From the NCBI RefSeq assembly GCF_902713615.1, contig NC_052155.1, positions 190,946,429 to 191,010,428 of the forward strand: a DNA stretch of 64,000 nucleotides, in the 5' to 3' direction. This document shows, piece by piece, positions 50,256-61,515 of the stretch. A program made the translations under genes and the position numbers. Every line of letters starts with the position of its first letter. The stretch's first letter is position 1. Source of the stretch: Scyliorhinus canicula. Its lineage: Eukaryota. The notes under the pieces were generated by a model that was not told the DNA's origin, did no database searches, and worked only from the letters and a program-made list of their open reading frames with translations.

Positions 50256-52520
50256 TAATTGTGGGCCCAACACTGATCCCTGAGGGACACCACTAGCTAC
50301 TGATTGCCAACCAGAGAAACACCCATTAACCCCCCCTCTTTGCTTTCTATTAATTAACCAATCCTCTCTCCATGCTCCTACTTTACCCTTAATGCCATGC
50401 ATCTTTATCTTCTGCAGCAACCTTTTGTGTGGCACCTTGTCAAAGGCTTTCTGGAAATCCAGATATACCACATCAATTGGCTCCCTGTTATCTACTGCAC
50501 TGGTAATGTCCTCAAAAAATTCCACTAAATTAGTTAGGCATGACCTGCTACATCTTCCCAATGGACCCATCCTGCGTCTGCCCAATGGGACAATTTCTAT
50601 CCAGATGCCTCGCTATTTCTTCCTTGATGATAGATTCCAGCATCTTCCCTACTACTGAAGTTAAGCTCACTGGCCTATAATTACCCGCTCTCTGCCTACC
50701 TCCTTTTTTAAACAGCGGTGTCACGTTTGCTGATTTCCAATCACCCCAGAGTCTAGTGAATTTTGGTAAATCATCACTAGTGCATCTGCAATTTCCCTAG
50801 CCATCTCTTTTCGCACTCTGGGATGCATTCCATCAGGGCCAGGAGACTTGTCTACCTTTAGCCCCATTAGCTTGCCCATCATTCCCTCCTTAGTGATAAC
50901 AATCCTCTCAAGGTCCTCACCTGTCATAGCCTCATTTCTATCAGTTGCTGGCATGTTATTTGTGTCTTCCACTGTGAAGACCGACCCAAAAAACCTGTTC
51001 AGTTCCGCAGCCATTTCCTCATCTCCCATTATTAAAACTCCCTTCTCATCCTCTAAAGGACCAATATTTACCTTAGCCACTCTTTTTTGTTTTATATATT
51101 TGTAGAAACTTTTACTATCTGTTTTTATATTCTGAGCAAGTTTACTCTCATAATTATCTTACTCTTCTTTATAACGTTTTTTAGTAGCTTTCTGTTGCCC
51201 CCTAAAGTTTTCCCAGCCCTCTAGTCTCTCATTAATCTTTGCCATTTTGTATGCTTTTTCCTTCTATTTGATAGTCTCCCTTATTTCCTTAGATATCCAC
51301 GGTCAATTTTCCCTCTTTCTACTGTCCTTCCTTTTTGTTGGTATAAACCTTTGCTGAGCAATGAAAAATCGCTTGGAAGGTTCTGCACTGTTCCTCAACT
51401 GTTCCACCATAAAGTCTTTGCTCCCAGTCTACCTTAGCTAATTCTTCTCTCATCCCATTGTGATCTCCTTTGTTTAAACACAAAACACTAGTATTTGATT
51501 TAACCTTCTCACCCTCCATCTGTATTTTAAATTCCACCATATTGTGATCGCTCCTTCTGAGAGGATCCCGACCTATGAGATCATGAATCAATCCTGCCTC
51601 ATTACACAGGACAAGATCTTGGACCGCTTGTTCCCTCGTAGGTTCCATTACATACTGTTCTAGGAAACTATCGCGGATACATTCTATAAACTCCTCCTCA
51701 AGGTTGCCTTGACCAACCTGGTTAAACCTGTCGACATGTAGATTAAAATCCCCCATGATAACTGCTGTACCATTTCTACATGCATCAGTTATCTCTTTGT
51801 TTATTGCCTGCCCCACCATCTCGTTACTATTTGGTGGCCGATAGACTACTCCTATCAGTGACTTTGTCACCTTACCAGTCCTGATTTCCACCCAAATGGA
51901 TTCAACCTTATCCTCCATAGCACCGATGTCATCCCTTACTATTGCCCGGATGTCATCCTTAAATAACAGAGCTACACCACCTCCCTTACCATCCACTCTG
52001 TCCTTCCGAATAGTTTGATACCCTCGGATATTTAACTCCCAGTCGTGACCATCCTTTAACCATGTTTCAGTAATGGCCACTAAATTGTAGTCATTTACGA
52101 TGATTTGCGCCATCAACTCATTTACTTTATTCCAAATACTAGGAGCATTCAGGTAAAGTACACTTATGTTGGCTTTTTTACCTCTGTTTTGAATCTTAAC
52201 ACCTCGATCAGTAACCTCTCCTAAGTTATATTTCCTCTTGACTTTTCTCCTAATTTTCCTTGTCGTTGAACCCATATCTTCATGTAACAACCTGCCGCGT
52301 CGCTTACCATTTATGTTTTTAGTTCCCGTTTTATTGCTTTTAGTATTACTGGGCCTATTCACTGAGCTCCCCTCAGTCACTGTACCTTGTACTGTCGCCT
52401 TTTTTGATTTTTGACTGTGGCTTCTCTGCCTTACACTTTCCCCCTTACTTCCTTTTGCTTCTGTCCCTGTTTTACTACCTTCCAACTTCCTGCATCGGTT
52501 CCCATCCCCCTGTCACATTA
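50256..52520 (-). mobile_element. CR1 LINE ORF2 (APE endonuclease to RT), degraded, with an internal deletion
   Basis: LYLNA.SI.NK, ITETWL, VYRPP, MGDFN and SDH (APE). SPGPDGMHPRV, VYLDFQKAFDKVPH and GVPQGSVLGP (RT). Confidence 0.9.
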
Positions 52521-52789
52521 GTTTAAACCCTCCCCAACAGCTCTGTTCTCCTCAGCCAAAATGACTAAAAGCAGATGACACCAAAATGCCATAATTCTTC
52601 CACACTCCCTACATTCTTACCATGAAGAAAATATTCCAGTTTCTCTTTTTCAAATCCAAAGTGATTTTTTTCAAAATTTAGAGTACCCAATTAATGTTTA
52701 CCAATTAAGGGGCAATTTAGCCTGGCCAATCCACCTACTCTGCACATCTTTGGGTTGTGGGGGTGAAACCCACGCAGACACATGGAGAA

Positions 52790-53460
52790 TGTAAACCCCT
52801 CATCTGTGCCTCTGATCATAAATTTTTTCCAGTTGGAAAACTCTGGCAAGACCGTTGCTTTAGGCGATCCGGGTGCTGCCACCGGACAGTATCCGCCTCC
52901 GGGCTATCAGGGAGGCAAAGGTCAACACGTCAGCCTCCCTCCCCACCTGCACTCCGGATCCTCCAAAACATCTAAATATTGCCACCCACAGGCTTGGAGC
53001 CTGTGCCCAGCACCCTCAAAATAATCACTGAAAGGGCCTCCCAAAACCCTCCAACTTTAGGCATGCCCAAAACATGTGGACATGATTTGCCAGCCCTCTT
53101 TCACACTGCCCACATCTAACCGCTCCTCCTGGGAAAAAACAGCTCATCCTAGACACCATCATGTGCACCCTGAGCACCACCTTGAACAGAATGAGTCCCA
53201 GTCACTCGCGTGAGGAGGATACATTTACCCTCCGTAGGGCCTCGCTCCATAGCCCGGCCTCTAGAACCACCCCCCCCCCTCCAACCCCCTCCCACCCCCA
53301 GCTCCTCTCCCCATTTCCATTTTGTTCCCTCCACCGAAGACCGCCCTCTCTCCATTAACTCCCATATATGTCCGAGACCCTTCCCTCCCCAGTCTCATCC
53401 TCGGACACTAACTGATCTTGCAGCGCCGGGGGCGGTAACCCTGGGAACGTAACCAACTCC
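52790..53460 (-). mobile_element. L1/Tx1-clade LINE ORF2 C-terminal (Cys-rich) fragment
   Basis: My minus-strand translation near 53040-53120 gives CGQCERGLANHVHMFWACLKLEGFWE, matching the CxxC..H.FW.C zinc-knuckle end of L1-type ORF2. Confidence 0.6.
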
Positions 53461-53550
53461 TTGCTAACTAAGTGTCTAACTTGCAGATATTGAAATCCAT
53501 TTCACCCACCCTGTGTTTAGGATTCCACCTCCAGCTCTCCCAACTCTGCA

Positions 53551-53979
53551 CATCTCCTCCCCACAAACAGGTTCCTAAAGCACTCTATCCCCACACTCTC
53601 CCGCATCTCCTCCCCACAAACAGGTTCCTAAAGCACTCTATCCCCACACTCTCCCGCATCTCCTCCCCATAAACAGGTTCCTAAAGCACTCTATCCCCAC
53701 ACTCTCCCGCATCTCCTCCCCACAAACAGGTTCCTAAAGCACTCTATCCCCACACTCTCCCACATCTCCTCCCCACAAACAGGTTCCTAAAGCACTCTAT
53801 CCCCACACTCTCCCACATCTCCTCCCCACAAACAGGTTCCTAAAGCACTCTATCCCCACACTCTCCCGCATCTCCTCCCCACAAACAGGTTCCTAAAGCA
53901 CTCTATCCCCACACTCTCCCGCATCTCCTCCCCACAAACAGGTTCCTAAAGCACTCTATCCCCACACTCTCCCGCATCT
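53551..53979. repeat. 53-bp minisatellite, ~8 copies
   Basis: CATCTCCTCCCCACAAACAGGTTCCTAAAGCACTCTATCCCCACACTCTCCCG repeated. Confidence 0.95.
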
Positions 53980-54279
53980 GAAATGTGGAATCCAGGCCTG
54001 CCGGAATAAACCTGTGATTGACACAAATCGGCGCCCACAGTGGCAGCCCCTCCACCTTAAAATGCTGCTGGCATTGATTCCATATCCTTACCACTTATAC
54101 CACCACCGGGCTCATGGAGTACCTGGCCAGCGAGAACGGAAGAGATGCCAATGACAGCGCCCTTAAACTTATTCATGTACACGAGGCTTCCTCCATCCAA
54201 CCCCACACTGACTTCTCCCCCACTGTCCACTTCTTGACATTCCCAACGTTCACCACCCAGTAATAATTCAGCACCTAAT

Positions 54280-57200
54280 AGCGTGGAGCTCGTCTGGGAG
54301 GACATCCTGCCAATAGGAGACTGGGAGATTCCTGGACCGGAGGGTCAGTAGGACGGTCTTCCAGACCGTCGCATTCTCCCTCTCCACCTGCCCGTTCCCC
54401 CGGGGTTGTAGCTGGTAGTCCTGCTCGAGGCGATGCCCTTGTCGAGCAGGTACTGACGCAGCTCATCGCTCATGAAGGACGAACCCCGGTCGCTGTGTAC
54501 GTAGCTGGGGAAGCCGAACAGGGTGAAGATACTATGCAGGGCCCTAATGGCTGTGTGGGAGGTCATATTGGGGGAAGGGATAGCAAAGGGGAAGCGGGAG
54601 AACTCATCTATGACGTTTAGGAAGTAAACGTTCCTGTTAGTTGAGGAGAGTGGCCCTTTAAAATTGATTGTGAGGTGTTCAAAGGGCCTAGAAGCTTTGA
54701 CCAGGTGGGCCCTGTCTGGTCTATAGAAGTGCGGTTTGCACTCCGCACAGATCGGGCAGTCCCTGGTGACCGCTTTTACCTCCTCAGTGGAGAAAGGCAG
54801 ATTTCGGGCTTTGATGTAGTGGGCGAGCCGGGTGACCCCCGGGTGACAGAGGTCGTTGTGGATGACTTTCAGGCGGTCGTTCTGCGCGCTGGCGCACGTC
54901 CCGCGGGATAGAGCATCTGGGGGCTCGTTAAGCTTCCCCGGTCGATAATTAATATCGTAGCTATAGGTGGAGAGTTTGATCCTCCACCGCAGAATTTTAT
55001 TGTTTTTAATTTTGCCCCTTTGCGAGTTGTCAAACATGAGGGCAACCGATCTCTGGTCGGTGATGAGGGTGAACCTCCTACCTGCGAGGTAGTGCCTCCA
55101 GTGACGGATAGCCTCCACAATGGCTTGTGTTTCTTTCTCGACTGCCGGGTGTCGGAGTTCCGAAGCGGAGAGGGTTCGGGAGAAAAATGCAACGGGCCTC
55201 CCTGCCTGATTTAAAGTAAGAAGTCTTACAACACCAGGTTAAAGTCCAACAGGTTTGTTTCAAACACGAGCTTTTGGAGCGCAGCTCCTTCCTCATGGCT
55301 GCGTTCCGAAAGCTCGTGTTTGAAACAAACCTGTTGGATTTTAACCTGGTGTTGTCAGACTTCTTACTGTGCTCACCCCAGTCCAACGCCGGCATCTCCA
55401 CATCATGATTTAAAGTGGCTGCTAGAGCTACCTCTGAGGCGTCGCTCTCAACCTGAAAGGGAGTGGATTCATCCACCGCCCGCATGGCTGCTTTGGCGAT
55501 GTCCTCCTTGATGCAGTTGAAGGCCTGGCGTGCCTCGGCTGACAGGGGAAATCGTGTGGCCTTAAAGAGTGGGCGGGCTTTGTCCGCATATTGAGGGACC
55601 CACTGGGTGTAGTAGGAAAAGAATCCCAAGCACTGTTTGAGGGCCTTGGGACAATGAGGGAGGGGGAGTTCAAAGAGGGGGCGCATACGGTCCGGGTTGG
55701 GACCCAGGACTCCGTTTTCCACGACAGCCGAAGATGGCCAGTCTGGTCGTGCGGAAAACGCATTTCTCCTTGTTATATGTGAGATTCAGTTTCTGTGCCG
55801 TCTGGAGAAATCGGTAGCGGTTGGCGTCGTGGTCCTGCTGGTAATAGCTACAGATGGTAACGTTATCCAAGTACGGAAACGTGGCCCGCAGCCCGTACTG
55901 GTCCACCATTCGGTCCATTACTCTTTGGAACACCGAAACCCCATTAGTGACGCCGAAAGGGACCCGGAGGAAATGGAAGAGGCGGCCATCGGCCTCGAAC
56001 GCCGTGTAGTGGCGGTCCTCCGGGCGGATTGGGAGCTGGTGGTATGCAGACTTCAGATCCACCATGGAAAATAGCCGATATTGGGCGATCTGATTCACCA
56101 TGTCTGCAATCCTGGGGAGGGGGTACGCGTCGAGGAGTGTAAACCGATTAATAGTCTGACTATAGTCTATGACCATGCGGAATTTCCCCCCGGTCTTGAC
56201 GACCACAACCTGAGCTCTCCAGGGGCTGTTACTGGCCTCTATGATCCCCTCACTGAGAAGCCTACGGACCTCTGATCTGATGAACACCCTGTCCTGTAGG
56301 CTGTACCGCCTGCTGCGAGTGGCTACGGGTTTACAGTCCTGGGTGAGATTGGCAAAGAGAGGAGGGGGGGAGATTCGCAACGTGGCTAGGCTGCAGATAG
56401 TGAGTGGGGTTAGGGGCCCGCCGAAACTGAGGGTGAGACTCTTGAGGTTACACTGAAAATCCAGGCCCAATAAGAGTGGGGCGCAGAGTTCGGGCAGGAC
56501 GTAGAGCTGGAATTTGGCATAGTTAGCGCCTTGGATTGTGAGTGTCGCGGCGGTGCGCCCTTGGATATGGACAGAGTGGGAGCCCGAAGCGAGGGAGATA
56601 GTTTGCCGCACGGAGAAAACGGGGAGCGTACAGCGTCTTACCAGATCTGGGTGTACAAAGCTCTCAGTGCTCCTGGAGTCGAAAAGGCACGGCGTGCTGT
56701 ACCCGTTAATTTGGACCGTCGCCATCGAGTTTCGCAGATGCATCAGGCGCGATTGGTCCAGAGTGACTGCGCTGAGTTACGGGTAGTTGGCGGCTCGATC
56801 AGCTGTGCTGGAGTGGCCCCGTGATGACTGCCCTCTGAGTTCGTAGTCGCCGAGGTGAGTTTCAGAGTTTGAAGGGGGTGGATCCCAAGATGTCCGACCC
56901 ATGAGTCGCACATGGCCGGCCGCATGGAGGAGGATTGCCAAGATGGCTGCCCCCATGAGTCGCACATGGCCGGCCGCATGGAGGAGGATTGCCAAGATGG
57001 CCGCCCCCATGAGTCGCACATGGCCGGCCGCATGGAGGAGGATTGCCAAGATGGCCACCCTCCATGAGTCGCACATGTCGGGTGGGGGCAGAGTCAGCAT
57101 ACAGGCTGCAGCATTTCGGGGCCTGCAGGCCTGTGAATTCAGGGAGCGGGTGCTTTGAGCCATGGGAGGGTTAGAGGCTGGGGCTTTCTTCGGCAGACAC

Positions 57201-58361
57201 ACTCTGGCATAGTGTCCTTTTCGCCCGCAGCTGCTGCAGGTCGCGTTGCGGGCCGGGCAGTGCTGCCGCGGGTGCTGATTCTGGCCGCAAAAGTGGCAGG
57301 CTGGGGCAGCATTGTGGCTGGGCGGCTGGGGCAGCATGGTGGCTGGGCGGCTGGGGCAGCATGGTGGCTGGGCGGCTGGGGCAGCATGGTGGCTGGGCGG
57401 CTGGGGCAGCATGGTGGCTGGGCGGCTGGGGCAGCATGGTGGCTGGGCGGCCGCCCGGCGCAGGCCTGGGGAAGTCGCTGGTCGGGGCCCATGACGGGGT
57501 CGCGGGGTCTGCGGGGAACGAGGTGAGGCTGCGGAAGGAGACCTCCATGGTGGTAGCAAGTTCAACAGTCGCTTCAAGATTTAGGGCCCCCTTTTCCAGC
57601 AGTCGCTGGCGCATGTAATTTGACCTAAGGCCCGCAACAAAGGCATCGCGTACAGCAAGTTCTCTATGTTCTGCTGCGGTAACCGCCTGGTAATTACAGT
57701 CACTAGATAAAGTTTTAAGCTCTCTCAGGAATTCTGCAAGCGATTCCGTAGGCCGCTGGCAGCGAGTAGTAAACACGTGTCGCGCGTAGACCTCATTAAC
57801 AGGCCTCACATACATTTTGTCGAGTAGCACTAGGGCCTCAGTATACGAACCGGCACAGTTTAGTTGAGTAGAGATTCTGTGGCTCACCCTCGCGTGCAGT
57901 AGGCTCAGTTTCTGCTCCTCCGTTGTTTCGGCTGTGCTTGCTTCCGCCAGGTCGGCTTTAAAACACCGCAGCCAATGAGAAAAAAATTATTTTGCCTCTG
58001 CATCCTGTGGGTCGAGTTCCAGTCGCTCTGGCTTGAGGGTTGATTCCATGATTGATCCTGACTGTTTCTTAAGTAGATTAAATTGATGAGACCATCAATT
58101 CACTAAACACGTGCTTTGAGATATGAACAGTGATTTTAATCTACTTACTACAGAGCCAGCCTCTTACACACGATGTTACTCGATGAACTGGTCGGATGGC
58201 TCTGGGCATCGATATTTATACAGCAGTCCAGGGGGAGGAGCCGTGGGCTGAGCCAAGGGTGGAGCCCTGTACAAACTCCTAAGGATTCCCAGAGCTACTC
58301 CCCCTCGTGTCCGGGCAACGCAACTGCGCTTACAATCGTATGGTCTCATATATATATCACA
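54280..58361 (-). mobile_element. Gypsy LTR retrotransposon 2: 5' LTR (~58084-58361), gag with double CCHC, protease, RT, RNase H, integrase; 3' end missing; disrupted
   Basis: CHFCGQNQHPRQHC..CSSCGRKGHYARVC; CLFDSRSTES; YPLPRI; FPYLDNVTI; HPGVTRL..CPICAEC; HSDRGSSF. It has internal 25-bp x6 (57301-57450) and 54-bp x3 (~56900-57070) repeats. Confidence 0.92.
55218..55405 (+). mobile_element. Fold-back Penelope-terminus insertion with 11-bp TSD inside Gypsy 2 RNase H
   Basis: TSD TGATTTAAAGT at 55207-55217 and 55406-55416. It ends ..GGCATCTCCACATCA and interrupts the LAATLN/QAGRPVAF coding run. Confidence 0.9.
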
Positions 58362-58387
58362 GTGTGAATTACAGAGTTACATTCACC

Positions 58388-61279
58388 ACACAACCCCTCC
58401 TCTTAACACACTGTGCACACACAGCTCCTCCCCTTAACACACTGTACACACACAGCCCCTCCCCTTAACACACTGTGCACACACAGCTCCTCCCCTTAAC
58501 ACACTGTACACACACAGCCCCTCCCCTTAACACACTGTACACACACAGCTCCTCCCCTTAACACACTGTACACACACAGCCCCTCCCCTTAACACACTGT
58601 ACACACCCAGCCCCTCCCCTTAACACACTGTACACACACAGCCCCTCCCCTTAACACACTGTACACACACAGCCCCTCCCCTTAACACACTGTACACACA
58701 CAGCCCATCCCCTTAACACACTGTACACACACAGCCCCTCCCCTTAACACACTGTACACACACAGCCCATCCCCTTAACACACTGTATACACACAGTCCC
58801 TCCCCTTAACACACTGTATACACACAGCCCCTCCCCTTAACACACTGTACACACCCAGCCCCTCCCCTTAACACACTGTACACACAGCCCCTCCCCTTAA
58901 CACACTGTACACACCCAGCCCCTCCCCTTAACACACTGTACACACAGCCCCTCCCCTTAACACACTGTACACACACAGTCCCTCCCCTTAACACACTGTA
59001 CACACACAGCCCCTCCCCTTAACACACTGTACACACCCAGCCCCTCCCCTTAACACACTGTACACATACAGCCCCTCCCCTTAACACACTGTACACACCC
59101 AGCCCCTCCCCTTAACACACTGTACACACACAGTCCCTCCCCTTAACACACTGTACACACACAGCCCCTCCCCTTAACACACTGTACACACCCAGCCCCT
59201 CCCCTTAACACACTGTACACACACAGCCCCTCCCCTTAACACACTGTATACACACAGTCCCTCCCCTTAACACACTGTACACACACAGCCCCTCCCCTTA
59301 ACACACTGTATACACACAGCCCCTCCCCTTAACACACTGTACACACACAGCCCCTCCCCTTAACACACTGTACACACAGTCCCTCCCCTTAACACACTGT
59401 ACACACCCAGCCCCTCCCCTTAACACACTGTACACACACAGCCCCTCCCCTTAACACACTGTATACACACAGTCCCTCCCCTTAACACACTGTACACACA
59501 CAGCCCCTCCCCTTAACACACTGTACACACCCAGCCCCTCCCCTTAACACACTGTACACACACAGTCCCTCCCCTTAACACACTGTACACACACAGCTCC
59601 TCCCCTTAACACACTGTATACACCCAGCCCCTCCCCTTAACACACTGTATACACACAGCCCCTCCCCTTAACACACTGTATACACACAGCCCCTCCCCTT
59701 AACACACTGTATACACACAGTCCCTCCCCTTAACACACTGTACACACACAGTCCCTCCCCTTAACACACTGTACACACCCAGCCCCTCCCCTTAACACAC
59801 TGTACACACACAGCCCCTCCCCTTAACACACTGTACACACCCAGCCCCTCCCCTTAACACACTGTACACACACAGTCCCTCCCCTTAACACACTGTACAC
59901 ACACAGCCCCTCCCCTTAACACACTGTACACACCCAGCCCCTCCCCTTAACACACTGTACACACCCAGCCCCTCCCCTTAACACACTGTACACACCCAGC
60001 CCCTCCCCTTAACACACTGTACACACACAGCCCCTCCCCTTAACACACTGTATACACACAGTCCCTCCCCTTAACACACTGTACACACCCAGCCCCTCCC
60101 CTTAACACACTGTACGCACACAGCCCCTCCCCTTAACACACTGTACACACACAGCCCCTCCCCTTAACACACTGTACACACACAGCCCCTCCCCTTAACA
60201 CACTGTATACACACAGTCCCTCCCCTTAACACACTGTACACACCCAGCTCCTCCCCGTAACACACTGTACACACACAGTCCCTCCCCTTAACACACTGTA
60301 CACACCCAGCCCCTCCCCTTAACACACTGTACACACCCAGCCCCTCCCCTTAACACACTGTACACACACAGCCCCTCCCCTTAACACACTGTACACACAC
60401 AGCCCCTCCCCTTAACACACTGTACACACACAGCCCCTCCCCTTAACACACTGTACACACCCAGCCCCTCCCCTTAACACACTGTATACACACAGTCCCT
60501 CCCCTTAACACACTGTATACACACAGTCCCTCCCCTTAACACACTGTACACACCCAGCCCCTCCCCTTAACACACTGTACACACACAGCCCCTCCCCTTA
60601 ACACACTGTATACACACAGCCCCTCCCCTTAACACACTGTACACACCCAGCCCCTCCCCTTAACACACTGTACGCACACAGCCCCTCCCCTTAACACACT
60701 GTACGCACACAGCCCCTCCCCTTAACACACTGTATACACACAGCCCCTCCCCTTAACACACTGTACACACACAGCCCCTCCCCTTAACACACTGTACACA
60801 CACAGTCCCTCCCCTTAACACACTGTACACACACAGTCCCTCCCCTTAACACACTGTACACACACAGCTCCTCCCCTTAACACACTGTACACACACAGTC
60901 CCTCCCCTTAACACACTGTACACACACAGCCCATCCCCTTAACACACTGTACACACACAGCCCCTCCCCTTAACACACTGTACACACCCAGCCCCTCCCC
61001 TTAACACACTGTACACACACAGTCCCTCCCCTTAACACACTGTACACACACAGCCCCTCCCCTTAACACACTGTACACACCCAGCCCCTCCCCTTAACAC
61101 ACTGTACACACCCAGCCCCTCCCCTTAATACACTGTACACACACAGCCCCTCCCCTTAACACACTGTACACACACAGCCCCTCCCCTTAACACACTGTAC
61201 ACACACAGCCCCTCCCCTTAATACACTGTACACACCCAGCCCCTCCCCTTAACACACTGTACACACACAGCCCCTCCCC
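58388..61279. repeat. ~29-31 bp C/A-rich satellite (AACACACTGTACACACACAGCCCCTCCCCTT)n, ~90 copies
   Basis: Direct reading. Confidence 0.97.
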
Positions 61280-61515
61280 AAACAAAACACACTGGGGGAT
61301 TGGGGGGGGGGGGGGGGGATTTAAACGACAAAGATGTCATTGGAAGGAAGGGTATGGCGCTGGAGTGGTTATGAATAACGGAAAGTTCTGTCTGACGACT
61401 AAAACCAGATAGAGGCCCAGACCTGATAAAACAGCCAATCAGAATGGTCCCCCTGTGCCCAGCAACCGTGAGTGACATCACCTCTTCCTCTTGTTGAGGC
61501 TGTGCAGCAAGAGGC

